From Iphione sp. A-MEVVRFRX5 (lineage: Eukaryota): a stretch of 64,000 nt of DNA. The translations under genes and the position numbers were made by a program. The notes under the pieces were generated by a model. That model was not told the origin of the DNA and did no database searches. It saw only the letters and a list, made by a program, of their open reading frames with translations. This document shows positions 50,901 through 64,000 of the stretch, piece after piece (position 1 is the first letter of the stretch; the number at the start of each line of letters is the position of its first letter). The DNA lies in contig OZ320319.1 in assembly GCA_976226885.1 (NCBI GenBank), positions 33,294,001-33,358,000 of the forward strand, in the 5' to 3' direction.

Positions 50901-53900
50901 CCCTCTTTCACGTTATAATGGGAAAACTAGGGAGGCCTCATCTGCAACGCAATGTCGTTGATGAAGGCCAGGAGAAAAGCTGTGCTGTTCGAAGCTAGGT
51001 CATTCCACGAGGATGCGTTAACAGATTGCTTCGAGAATTATTTACGTCTCAAAGCTGCTATAGCATTCCCAGGGTGCATGCAGCCAGCACCAGCCCATCA
51101 AGTGCGGCTGGCCGTCGGTCACCTGCATTTGATGGATGGATGCAGGGCGCCAGTCTAGTTGTCACCTGTCGGACTCAGGTGAGAGAGCTAAGCATCTAGA
51201 CAGGTCGTGCTTTTCGGAGAGTGTGTCTGGAGACCAGTGAAAACACCACCAGCATCCTCGGTGGACGTGGGCGCTGTAGTTTAGCTTTTACAAATGACAG
51301 GCTTGGCCGGCCAGAGCGCCCTACAGGCGTGCCTTCTGGTCTTAGCGATATGTCACAGGGAGCCAAATTGTATTTTCAATTGGGAAAGGGCGCATGTGGC
51401 TCCCTATTTATATACAGGTCCAAAATGCTTAAATTCTGAGTTTCAAAGAGGAACACATCGCATGGTGGCCAAGCGATAAGTGCTCCAAGAAATTCAACCT
51501 ATTTAAGTTATTGACTGCCCTGGTCAGGTAACCATAATGTGAGCCATTTAGAATACGTATATCAAATGAAGGAATACAAGGGAAATATGTTTTAAACTTT
51601 AACCACTATCAAGAAGGGCTTCGTTTTTGTCTGGTTGACACATGCTATTCATATTTAAAGAGCTGCAAAGCAGGTGCACTGCTTCAGCTTGACTGCAAAC
51701 ATACGCACATATTCCTTAGTGGCCCAAGACGCCATTAGACGTCACTGGAAATCATCCATCTTCTCTCGGTTCCTTGGCCTGAGACTAGCTTTCTCTTCAA
51801 TTTTACAAATTTCAACACTGTTCTTTACATATCTGTCTGACGAGGTGGTTATTTTCTCTTACATAAACCATTCAAATCTGAAACTGAAATACCCAAGAGG
51901 GATACAATCAATATCCATCCCTCCATACTTCGTTTATTCCCCCATAAAAAGGAAAGGCTATAGGAAAACGTTGTAGCAGTGAGAGGCATTCGCCAATTAT
52001 GGCAAAGTGCTAGGCCAGCCAGACACGCACGGTAAGCAATGTGTGGGCCATGCCACCACTGCGTCCTACTCCGGTATGGATCGCTTCGTTCCTGTTTTGT
52101 GTCTGAAACTATTTGAGCGGCCATAAAGGAGTCGCAGAAGGCCCAGTGCCTCTACAACCGCTATGTTTGGCGTGCCAGTACTATTTCCCTCGTGGTGTCC
52201 GCGAAGACAACTCGTTCCTGTCTGGTGTTGAATAGTACTCCCTTGAGTCTTAGGACGGTGTCACAATGGTGCGGGTGAAGATGACACCAACGAGGCGTAC
52301 GCTGCGTACTAAAAACTGGCAGATTTAAAAGGATATGTATGCACACTGGCGCACGGTTAGCGCTCGTTTTCTGTATAGAACAAAAAGAAGCCTCAGTGAA
52401 TTAAGAATCTACTTTCTACTGATAACGGTGGACTATAGGTCTTTAAAGTAGGGCATCATGAGACATCCATTCGTTTTCGTTGCGAAAATGAATTCATTTT
52501 ACGTAAATGTCTTATCCGTAACAGAAAAAAAGCGGTGATGCTAAAGAATGTTTTTGTCCTAGCCAGGATATGTTCATCTATTCTGATTCTTAGTCTACTC
52601 CCATATGGATGCTATTTGATAAATACAAAGTAATCTCGGCTAGCATGAATGACTAGGAGAATTGTGGGCACACAGCCCTTGGAACCATGGTGAAGCAGGC
52701 CAAGACAGCCGGCGCCAGGTGGCACGGGGGAGGGGTCAATGGCAGGCCTGAGGGCACATCGCCCCTGTAGTCACTGCCTTTGTATCAAAGGGACACGCCA
52801 CCTCCAAGTTAGGCAAGGGGTGGTCCATCCTTTCCTTCCCTGAGCCGATAATAGAGGAAAGAGTTTGAGGTGCTTAAGTCCGGCAAAAAACTTCATTTGT
52901 AACAGGGCGGTCGTCCTCCAATGGCCGCATCTGCAATTCTACAATGAGCAGAGTAAGGAAGGACTAAGTAACGCGAAGGTAAGCAGGGTCGAAGTCCAGT
53001 GGGAGGCCCAACTGATGCACAGACAAGAGGATTCTATTTAAGAGGCCATATAGGGGAGCTAGGTGTGAGTCGATGTGAGCACGCCTGATGTAATGGAAAG
53101 AACCGCCTCTCTTGCACAATCGAGGCCAAAAGCCGATGTACTAGACAGAGTCACTGTACATAGACCCTGTTGGAGGTTAAACGAAAATTTGGGGTGGTCT
53201 TTCCATACCAGTATATAAATGATGGAAATCTCTGAGAACAAAAGGTTCTCGATGTCGCTTGGTGAATTGCAGAAGATAAGGAAAGCGAATGAGTCTTCAT
53301 TTGAATATCAAATATGCCCTTTTTTGGACTGGAATTGGAATTATATGCAAATACTTCACGCTGACCTTCTTTATGATGTGTTACTATATTCAGCGATATT
53401 TGCTATCTTTTATCTATGCATCGTCTAATAGAATTCCCTGCTTGAGAATACAGATGAAGCAAATTGAAGAAGATTAGCTTTGTTTGTGCAACGTGATGAA
53501 TTGCACCCTTCTCCCGTTGCTTGTTAATGATAGCGCAATTTCTGCTGGAGACAGTCATCCTTCATACCAGTTATCGGGACCCCTTGGGAAATGCCAGGTG
53601 GTTAGAAGGGAAGAATAAACTTGAGATAATACATGACCAAATTTGAAGTAGGTAAAGTGCATTTAAAATGCAGTTACCTTTACGCAGCATTTGAAAGCTA
53701 GAGATCATTCTAGAAAAAAGACCTTTCTTCGGAGACGCATTAGAATTACGATGTAGCGCCAATGAGATTGCAGGCTGACATGGTTTGAAATAATAGGAAA
53801 AGATAAAAAAAAATACATGATCAATTAATGACCAAGTAGCAATGCCCATACAGTGCATGTTTCATGTTCTTAGTGTGAAACGGTTTATTCTCTCCACTCC

Positions 53901-56247
53901 CGGGAAGATCTATGTGTAATACATGGGGGAAGTTTTTCCGTTTCTGTCACAGTCAAGAAATTGGTCAACACGGAGTAAGATCGGTAAAACCAGATTACAT
54001 TTTTAAAATTGACAAATAGACATATATACTTCAAGGGCTAACCGGGCAGGATCAGTAGGGAAAGCCAGGGACTAATTACAATTAAATGCACTAGGAGTAC
54101 GACAAGCAGAAACCGAAGAGAGGCAAAAGAGAACGAAAAGAAGAGTGAGAGAAACTAATTGGAGAAGGATGTTTATCAGTCACCCGTGGTGTTCGGAAGC
54201 CTGACCGGTAACTGGCTTCATCGCGACACATGTGGTATCCCACAGCGGTGGCTTCCCCACTGGCTTCCCTAGCGCCACTCCATCTTAGGCTCCCTCCCAC
54301 CTACACCGCCATACATTATCCCCGATACGAGCTACATTCCCCTTTGCGTAGCCATACATGCAACCGACGGTCAGGTTGCTGTAACAATAGTAAGTGCGTG
54401 CTGAAGAACACTGGCGATTAATATAAGTGTTCACCTTTATCATCAATTAGCTTGCTTCTCTTAATCTGTGCCAGTATTTAATGACGGTAAGTCCATTTTT
54501 CGTAAACATTTATACCAATGCACTTCTATTTAACAATATGTCATTGCCAGAATAGGCTACTGTTGGCGGCTTTCAACGTAAAACTATTCAGCCTTACAAA
54601 GACCAAGGACCGAGATGAAGTTTACTTCGATCAAACTAGGTTTGAAACCTTCTAGAAAGTTGCCAATTATGCATCCACTATCGGCAAAACTACACACGAA
54701 GACATGGTCTAAGAATGCAATTCAATCGTATATTATCCAAAGGGAAATGCGTTTTCGGTTGTTATTACGAATGTTATTACTGTGTTTGCAAAAATGCGGT
54801 GATTCTATCATTATCTATCAAGCAAAACGAACTATCGTCTATTCCAGGTGCGATGTCAGCATTGCGAGGGACCTAAAACCTGAAGCCGATTTCAATTGCT
54901 TCCCAAACAAAGTCCAAATTAAAGCAGCTTTTTGTAACAAATCCGTTAAAGCTTTCATTTGTCGAAAATGGCCCTTTACTCTTGGCGCATTGTCGCCTTG
55001 GTCCGGGAACACTTCGGTCTCGAAAGCAATTCATAGTATTACTCGAGGGGAGTGAACGGCTTAAGATATGTTGACGCACAATATGGAAACATTGAAAGGG
55101 AATCTCGCCAGCACCGTGCGCCTGTTGTTTCAGTAAATGGCCCATAGGAATACATGAGCATATGTTAATGGTCATTTGTTCTATTTCATGGAATTACTAT
55201 CCTTACGTCCCAATGCTCCGAGCCTGTAGGCCCCATTGAGGTGAAAATTCAGCAACACTCATTTGTTTCGAGGGGAAGCCCGACTGTTATTGGAATGTAT
55301 CAATGCAAATGCTTCGGGAGCCACATATTTACTTGGTCTTATTCACTCAGCAATATGGCTCTTCTATTCGAGCTGCCACTGACAAATACTCACTTAATGG
55401 GGTATGCGTGCATCCGGTAGGGCTATTAGTAGAGCACAACAGTTCCCGGAGTCAACAGACCAGTGCCCAATAGTGGGACGGTGATTATTTGCATATTTAG
55501 GAATAGCAAGAGGCGACCAATTTCCCGCTCTATAGAGCAAAGTCCACCGAGATGATCTGCGCTGCTTTTGGTGGAAGGGGCAGTATAATAGAATGGCACA
55601 ATTTCGTCTGGAGTTGTACATAAAGGTCGCGTTGCTACTTTCTAGATATGAATAGCGCTCCACGTGTGATTGTCAGATGGGCCGCCGCCATGGATATTAT
55701 AAAATATCTGTGCCATAAGTCAAAACCTGAACGAAGTTCACTGGGTATGCAAGTACATGTTTATTGATAAATGTTGAATTTTTTTGGGGTGCATTTGGGC
55801 AGAGGGAGGTGCACGACATTTATATTCGCCAAAAGAGGTAATGTTCGAGTACGCTCCTTGTGAGGATACGGTTACGAATCCAGCCTTCAATCATTGTTTT
55901 CGTCCATCGTTGTAGGAACTTTGAAAGGAAGATTAGGTAAAAATGCAAGCAAATTACCTAGCGCAAACATCAGAATTAAGTTAACATCAAGATAGTCATG
56001 TATCTGACATTCTCCCTCGTTCTCCCATCGGTGGCAATTGGTACATTTCTAGAGTATTGAAGTGGCGCTACAACTGGCGTCCCATTAAGGCAGATGTTTA
56101 CACTATATTTACATTAAAAACATTTTTTTTTCTTCACCAGCTTTTATCATAAACTGGTGACAGAATAAGTATTACCCACAATAATACCTTAGTATTATAT
56201 GGCATCGTTTAAGGAAAGATCCGCTATTGTGATAAATCGACATCTAA

Positions 56248-56578
56248 GGCCTAAAAAAGTTCTGTGTTTCCGGTAACAAGCAGAAAAAACACAGGGTCGG
56301 TCGATAGGTGGTATTTTTTAAAATTTTCTTATCTTTTTTCCAATGTTAGTGGACTTTGAAACCAATAACTGTATATGCTAATACCACTTTGATCAGATTT
56401 TAATAAAACATATACCAAATAAAAGCTAGTAACCCAAGAACAATTTTGTGTATAGGTTATGTTTCTATCTTTATTCACACCAGAGACATTCATAAAACAA
56501 GAATAAAAGAAAAAGTTCCATTGAAACCTACATGAGGGTCGTTCGGGTTACCGGGAACACAGAACTTTTTATTAGGCC
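56248..56578. mobile_element. PIF/Harbinger-type MITE, 331 bp
   Basis: TIRs are GGCCTAAAAAAGTTCTGTGTTTCCGGTAAC (56248-56277) and the reverse complement GGCCTAATAAAAAGTTCTGTGTTCCCGGTAAC (56578-56547). Exact TAA TSD at 56245-56247 and 56579-56581. Confidence 0.9.
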
Positions 56579-57285
56579 TAATGCATTATTGCTCTATAAC
56601 ACTTTGGTTATACGTGTTACACCTACCATCCTAAAATCCATAGTACGAGCTGGTCTTGGTTTCTCTAGAGTGCAAGACGTATTTTACAGAAGGATTATGT
56701 GGATCCAGGACAAGTATTTTTCATTTTCAATATATATCCAGAGAAAATATTCCTAATAGAAGGCCTTTTTAGATTGAGTCACTATATCTTCATCCAAATG
56801 CTTACCGATATTGTAGCATTACCAGCTGAACAGATAGGAACGCTTTCACTAAAGTCAATGAGCCCCGGAGGTATAGTGCATTGTATGCTTTACATTTTAC
56901 TGAATATGCAAATTCGCTACAAATATACGGCATCTCGTGGTTTCCTGAGGACAGTCCCCTACGCTCGTTTTTATACCGGTGGCCTATAGCTCACGGTGGC
57001 CTATTGTTTACATTTGACCCCTTCTTTTGATACAGAACACGTACTGCAGATGATTGTCACGTCTGTATTCTATTCTACTAATCATACAACAAACGCGTTA
57101 TACTTTTAAAGGAATTCACGCATAACATTTCGCAAATTACGGAAATATATGTTTCTCAATTCTCAGATCAAATGAACCGTGTACAACCAGCCTTTTGCGT
57201 GCACTGGCAAATACACCTCCACTCCTGTAGCAATGAACGGCTTTGGGGTTTCTAAATATATAAACTGGTTAAGTTTATTATTGGT

Positions 57286-57324
57286 TGACTAATCCAATTT
57301 CTTCTCTTATTCTTTCAGGTGAGT
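57286..57324 (+). other. Strong 3' splice site immediately followed by a perfect 5' splice site (candidate recursive splice site, or start of an exon beginning GTGAGT)
   Basis: Branch-point-like TGACTAAT (57286-57293), a 19-nt pyrimidine tract with one purine (57298-57316), then CAG|GTGAGT at 57318/57319. Confidence 0.4.
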
Positions 57325-60300
57325 ACATGAATTCATTCACTGAGGAGCGAACTTCCACAGGTTTTCTGGTGTACAGGTGGAGTATTCAAATACGACGAAG
57401 GACGAAAGATTATCGATATTGAAATTCTATATCTCTACATACATTTGTGAATGTTTGTGTGTGATGTGATTGATTAACACCATTTATAGTGTTACTTGTG
57501 CCTTAAATCGACGTTGTATTATTATCCTGTCTAATTATCCTTTTATTTCCTTTGATGACTCACTGCACCCCTGTCATTTTTCCATTATGTCGGATGCACC
57601 CGCCATTAGCTTTACACTCACTGCCTCAGCCAAAAGAGCTTCAAAGCAATACTCATATAGCTTTTTTGTCAGTTGTTACGCAGCTCATGCAGGAACTTAG
57701 ACGATGCCGATCGCCTTACCTCAGTCTGAGGGCACTGACCACTGCCGCCACGGGGCTCGGTGTCTCTCTATTCAACAGCCCGACCCGCTCGGAAATAGCG
57801 TATGGCCGTGTGTTTACTCTGTATGGGACAATTTGGTTCATATTGTGCTAGAGCCATGGCAGAGTTGCTCCTGTCGGTGTTCGATACTCATACGCTGCTA
57901 TCCTTCCCTCCCCTTCGTTGCAGAAGCGCTATATGCAATTCTTCGCTGAACTGCAATGGTTGCTAATATTTCAAAGGGCGCGCGGACTGGCAGTAATTGA
58001 AGTGGAATTGGATCGGGGAATTAGGCAGTGATGTTCTGAGCCCAAGAACATCCGTCAAAATAGCAATGCAGTCACTGTCACGACCCTTCCTAGGGAACCC
58101 GCTTATGTTTCGCCAGTAAATTGAGTCAGGGCATTCGTAGGGAAACTGCTTAGGCCAATATACATATGACCTAACCTATGGACGTGTTATCCGTTATCGC
58201 TACGCAGAAAGCTGGAGAGCACAGTTTGCTTATACGAGGGACAAACACGTGGCCACCCATAAAAGAGGTTTCCTCCTCTGATAAGAGAAAGTGGCCGAGG
58301 CCATCCAAACTCGCCGAGTGGCCGGTCGTGGTTATCTTTCCACTGTCTTTGCCCCGAGTATGTTAGGAAGGGGCAAGGTTTACAGCACCCTTTCCAAGAG
58401 GGTGGCGACCACCCGTACACTGACATCAATACCGGCCTGCCCGTCTTCCTCCGAACGATAACACAAGACCGCGCGCTGTATAGGCGTAATATAACGTTGC
58501 TTCTTGGATTGCTTTTCTCCCTCGTAGATTATGGTGGCGCTCAACGGGAAGGCTCCTGCGAGGACAAACCACAACTGTACTGCCGAGGTGACACGTGTCG
58601 GGAGATCCCTTTTTTTGTGCCGTGCTCGCATGCGACACTGGACCTCCGAGGGTCTATTCATCACATGAGCCGCCAGTGCAATATTCAGATGGAAGCCACG
58701 CTGGGCGGCAAGGCGATGAATAATCAATCAATTGAGCCCCTTGATGCCTGATTGGACATTGAAAAGGACGCAAGCTCAAGTGCTGCTATAAAATCCTTTT
58801 GCTTAGTTCACCAAACAGGAGCACTCTCACGCGTGTTTCGTTCATGATGGCGTAGAAAATGGCGTCGCTCGCTGAGCTACACCGGAAGTGTCGGACAGTA
58901 GTCGGCCATGGTGGTTTCTGGCCATTGTAACTAATCGTCGACTCGTTGGCATGACATACAGGCTGCTGACCCATTTGGGACAACTTCATTGTGCTGTGTA
59001 TTTTTTGCCCTCGAGCCCTCATCTAATATAAAAAGGCAATACCCCAGTATATGGAAGGTTCCGATCGACGAGGGTAGTCTCTCTACTACTAAGATTGGAG
59101 GAAACACGACTACGGATGTGCATTAGGGAAACATTGAGGTAACGAGATTAAGCGAGGGAGGTATTGTACGCAGAAAAATATGACGGCCCGCGCCTGTGTG
59201 CACATGTACGTAATAGAGAGACCGAGCCAGAGGGACACGACGGGGGGAAAAAGGCAAATGGAGAACGATGTTGTGGACGGGAAATTTTCACCGAGGGATA
59301 TTATGACTACGGCAAGATAATCACTGATTGGTTAGTAAGCTAACACTAGGCATACTCCTTCTAGCCCCGCAAAATGAAGGCGCGTGCTTTGATGTAGAGG
59401 CTAACCAGGGTTTCTCCGTCAGCTCTCTCCCGGTTGGTTCCCTCATCGTAAACATAATGTGCCCTTAAGAGGCTCGCAATCACCAGGTTCTCGGGACAAC
59501 GAGCCTCATCTACCTTGGCCGTTAATTAGAAACGGCGTATTGTCCGCTAGGCATTCAGCAGTAATGCCTTCTTGCACCACCAGCACACCGTCGTGAACTC
59601 ACTCGTTACGAGTCTATGTACCCTGCTGCAGACATTATTTCACACTCGTATAGCTATAGATACGGAGAAACCATTCCGGATTCGTTCTCGCCTGCGAGGA
59701 CTATGGACCCTCAGTTAGGAAACGATTACGGCTTTTGAATACAATATTGTACAGATATTATCAAGAGGAATTTTAAATCACGTGCATCTCTCGTGGCCAT
59801 TAAACTAAACCGATTTAGATGTCTTCCATGCTTCCCGTGTTCTCATCTGGTGAAGTCCATGAAACCTATCTCGACATCTTTTTCTTTACTCATAGCAAAA
59901 CATTTATACAGGGGCTTAAGCCTTTCCCGATTTACATATCCGGATCACTGCATTAGTGAGAAAACGTCTGATTTTATACGTCATCTGGTTTATCGAAATA
60001 CATCACGTACCGGTGACTACCAAACTAAAGGAGCTAGGGGCGCCTTTGGCCATCCAAGCTTTGTACATGTATAATTTAATATATTATCATAGTGCTTTGG
60101 ATTTTTCATTACTGAATGCCCCTTTATACATTAACTGACATATGATACGCACCTCTCCACTATTGATTGTTCTCCCCGTTCAATCATGTCCTAAGGCAAA
60201 AGAATGTACCTCGTATTTGTCCCATCAATATCGCGAAAATTCCCGATGGTTGTTTCGAAATTAGATAGAAAGGGGAAAGCTAAAGTTTCCTCTGCTTACT

Positions 60301-60644
60301 AACCTGTGGACCCTTGATGATACAGACACGAGAATGCGCTTTCAAACCTTCGATTCATATCTGCTTAAAACAGAAAGGACATCCCTTCATGGGAAAGTGT
60401 GGGATTCCACCCTGATACGACTGTTACAGTGATACATGGTAATCAATGATACTGGTGGCCTGCACGCTGTTGTATGGCCCAGTTCTCATATCGTTCCTTT
60501 GGCCAATCTATTTGATTCAAAAATGGCGTGTGGAATGCATATCAAAGGTACCTTTCGGTAGGAATGACAGTTGTGTCACGCCATAGCGCCCCAGTTTGAA
60601 TAAAGGTAGCTCGACAAAGTTTAAAGGATGTATAGCTGTTTACT

Positions 60645-60670
60645 CGTGCGTGCGTGCGTGCGTGCGTGCG
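60645..60670. repeat. (CGTG)6 microsatellite
   Basis: CGTGCGTGCGTGCGTGCGTGCGTGCG. Confidence 0.9.
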
Positions 60671-63066
60671 CGCCCGTGAACCCACTACCTATGTATGAAG
60701 TGTCACCTAATCCAAGTAATCCAACTCCCTTTTTAACGGCAAGGATATAGATCGATAGGCACTCTAGAAGGAGTGTACATTAGTTAATATTTGACGACCA
60801 TCCTGGAGTGGCAGTGAAGGTGCCTAAGACTACGTCGTCCACTGCATTATCTGAATTTATAATTGTCCATTACCTTCACGACAACATGGTTAATCTAATT
60901 CGCAGATTTTATGAACGAGTATTGAGCAAACACTGTGCAATACTCAAGTAGGCATTTAACCAGAAAGAAACGTATTCTTCATATGAAAGAAATGCAATCC
61001 TTATTTCTAAACAATAAACGAACCATAGATATGCAGAGAGTGGAGATAAAAGGAGAGGGGGAAAAGTACAACTGTAAAAGCAGGCAATTTTCACCGTAGA
61101 TGTTCTCATGTAAATGCAAATGTAAACACAAACCATACCTTTAACAGTGGCTCCGCCTAGAGTTTTTCTTCATCCTATGTTTGTTCCATGACTTTCCACG
61201 AGGTGACGCGAGTGTGCACGGCCCAGTTTGCTAGATCTGGTCGTGGTAGTTGTATATTAGGGGAATAACACCAGATGGCGTGCTGGATTCTTGCGTAGAT
61301 CTGTCGTCCTGATCCGTAAGATGTTGACCGGCTACTTTGTTTTAGATTTAAAGCCACATTTGTAAGTGCCTGTACATTTTCGCAAGTACAGTTAACTCGG
61401 TGTCGTTGAATTAGTGGTATCCTAATTTATTATCAATATTATTCTCACGTCCTGTGTATCTTTTGCCCAACACATAAGAATTCACTATTCGTTAGGCAAC
61501 ATAACGGAGACATTGAGAAATGTCTATAAACTGCTTGAAACGTGATGAACTGCAAGCTCGTCGCTGTCAATAAATAGATTTAATCATCTGCCATGACCAG
61601 TTTAGCAACAAATTCACCAAAAAGCAAAAATATTTGTGATTTCCCTAGAATATGCGCTCTGAACTAAAATATGAGAAAAATACCTAAACCCGGGAGACAA
61701 GTGGCCCTGAATATGCATTGATAGCATGTGATCGGTTTTCAGCGATCCTAGTTAACCTCAAAATGTATGACATTCGAAATAGCTCGCTACGATATCACAG
61801 AATGCATGGATTTCGGGTTATGTTCTGTTTTGTCTGAAAGTGGATGAACTTTAAAATTATATTTTGTTCCTTATATTTCTTATAGGTAGCCGCGTGTTTT
61901 AATTTTGACCATCACTTATTATTGATGCACTGATCCTGCACTATATCCCCCATCCGTCGCATCATCGTTGAACTTTGCTGAAAGTCACACCAGGACAGCC
62001 AGGCCATAGTTGCTTTAGAGTACAACATCGGGACTACAACAGCTGTTATGTCTCGTTCATCGTGCCCACTTTTTATCAATCGGGTGTATTTGTATGTTTA
62101 TATGGTTTCAACACTACATATCATATACATGTATCTAGCTTAGATGTGATACAGATATTTAGATGATAAATCACATCATATTCTTCAAGTCGGCATGACG
62201 TTACAGTGGCTGATAAGCCTGGTAGCTTCAGTCATATATAGGTCATGTTGCCTGGGGTGGAGGTGAAAGGAAGTATGTTTCTCTCTTTGAACTATTATAA
62301 TGTTCATGCCTACAATAATCAGTTGGCAATGATTTCAAAGGTAACACTGATATTATAATGATGACACGTGTAGAGCTACATCTAGATTAATTGCATACAT
62401 CAAAATTATCATTTGTTTGATTTCACCAGGCTTTAGAGTTTATATTAGAATGGGCAGGTACTCACAGATTATCACTCACTCTTCACCTTTGCAGTATTTT
62501 TTCTAAATAAAAACTTTCAGACAGTGATTTAAATTTATACACTAATATGATCATTTACATTAAGGTTTACCTTATACACTTTTCACAATGGAAACATATG
62601 ATGCCTTTTAAATATGAAAGAAATCAACTCTAACGGCTGTTTGTTTACATGTTACTAGCTGAAAGTGCCCAGATTGCCCACTCCAAGCATACAACCAGTT
62701 CAATTAAAGACCACACAATTTTCAGCCGGCCAGAAATCTGACAGATCAACGCCAATTACCTTACTTCATGTACCGTAAGTCATTTACGGGTCTCTGCCAA
62801 ATCCTGACAGTTTACTGCTCTATAGGTAATATGGAATTAATGTGCTTCATTTTTTCATGAAATGAGACAGTAAAAACAGTGCCGTTTCGAATCCTGCATC
62901 GTCTAAATAGTACTTCAGCAACTCAGAATAAACACCACCAAATGAACCAGGCAATTGTACCCTCATCTGTGGGTTGCACTGCTTCACAAGTTACTACAAT
63001 GTATAGTATAGAAAATATTTCATTTTGACTAGCCAAGCATGCCTTCCATTCTGTGTTGCCCCACAG

Positions 63067-63085
63067 GTTGAGAGTTCCACACAGG
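63067..63085 (+). other. Candidate 19-nt micro-exon
   Basis: Pyrimidine-rich CCTTCCATTCTGTGTTGCCCCACAG, then GTTGAGAGTTCCACACAGG, then donor GTGAGT at 63086-63091. Open in phase 0 (VESSTQ) and phase 2 (LRVPHR). Confidence 0.25.
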
Positions 63086-64000
63086 GTGAGTTTCTAATTC
63101 AGGACGTTCATAATGAACCTCGGCAAAGGACCTAAACACGTGCATTCGGTTCTTGTATTTATGCAGCCTTGCATGTGAACGCCCCCTGTAGAGCTACGGT
63201 GGAAGGTGAGCCTCGAGAGTTTCAGCGAGGGGCAGCACCTATGCCGTGACTCGGAGAAATTACGCACTTCACGTACGCTGTCCTTGCCATCTCTTTAGCG
63301 GCGTTTGTTTTCCTTTCAGTCTGGATAAATACTCAGTATTGGTAATAGACGGCTAGCAACAACACGACCTACAGGTAGCTCTGCAGCAATGAAATAGATC
63401 AACAATCTTTGCATTAGGTATCCTGCAGACGTTGTTTTTTCATTATTATTATATTTCATTTATCGAGAGTGCAGGAATAAATTAATCCTGAAAGTGAAAT
63501 ACCAATTTGGGTCGGTCGGTAAACTGCTTTTGGTGAGCAGTCCTTGATTACCTGCCCCAAACATCTCGGGTCATACAACAATATAACGCCAAATGTTACA
63601 CTCATCTTATCATCCACGTACAATTTTTCCCACTGTTCTCACTTCAATAAATATCTTGTCCGCAATACAAGCTTTTATGCCTTAAACGTCAATGCAAGAG
63701 AAACCTTAGAATCGGCAAAATGCCACAGTTTTATGCACGGACAACGGTCTGTACCCTATTACCTCAGAGCAGCCAATAAGGGCGTCCGGTCATACCATTG
63801 CACCGGTCTCTGCAGAGGCGCGGTCTTGCCTGACAGTAGGCCCAGACCTCGAGGACTATATAATTATGTGGACACGTGCAGTTTGATTACCAAAGGGTCA
63901 TGTCGTTCAAGCCTTTGTATACAACTTAAGCGGTACTTAATCACTCCTACCTGGCAATCCTCTAGCAGTAGCACCACAATCAATAAAATGATATTCTTGA

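Noticed and set aside
58076-58425. Possible second solo LTR (TGTCACG...TGACA, flanks TCAC/TCAA)
   Set aside because: The TSD is imperfect, there is no AATAAA, and such termini arise easily by chance.
60909-61136. L2-like RT word VSFWLNAYLSIAQC on the minus strand
   Set aside because: Isolated motif; the upstream DxxKAFD is not recognisable.
1-64000. A novel multi-gene system (defence island, operon, CRISPR-Cas)
   Set aside because: No ORF exceeds 150 aa, there are no operon-like runs or Shine-Dalgarno-linked starts, and no identical-repeat/unique-spacer array. Recognisable coding traces are all decayed eukaryotic TE domains.
1-64000. Possibility that the window is shuffled or synthetic sequence
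   Set aside because: Matched TIRs with exact TSDs on several elements and a frame-restoring nested insertion argue for natural history. Only a BLASTN hit to a real assembly would settle it.

Overview
This looks like non-coding animal genomic DNA: moderately AT-rich, no ORF longer than 150 aa, and strongly enriched for TACATGTA. The style suggests a marine invertebrate such as a lancelet, hemichordate, echinoderm or mollusc, but that is inference only. I cannot identify a host protein-coding gene, intact tRNA/rRNA gene, CRISPR array or bacterial-type operon. What I can support is a transposon graveyard. It contains a nearly full-length decayed CR1/L2-type LINE (about 5494-9620, ORF1 + APE endonuclease + RT) interrupted by two MITEs, and removing the second MITE restores the endonuclease frame exactly. 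There are three further MITEs with matching TIRs/TSDs, a solo LTR with an ATAT target-site duplication, and two tRNA-derived SINEs (one with a Deu/Nin-like core). Fainter remnants of APE, RT, Gypsy integrase, MULE, Harbinger and DIRS-type tyrosine recombinase coding sequence are also present, along with several tandem repeats. Protein-family calls come from by-eye motif matching to remembered consensus motifs, not database searches. I found no convincing previously undescribed biological system. The best leads are a textbook candidate recursive splice site at 57318/57319, the nested-insertion stratigraphy in the LINE, and a small repeat/variable-spacer array at 17756-18076.
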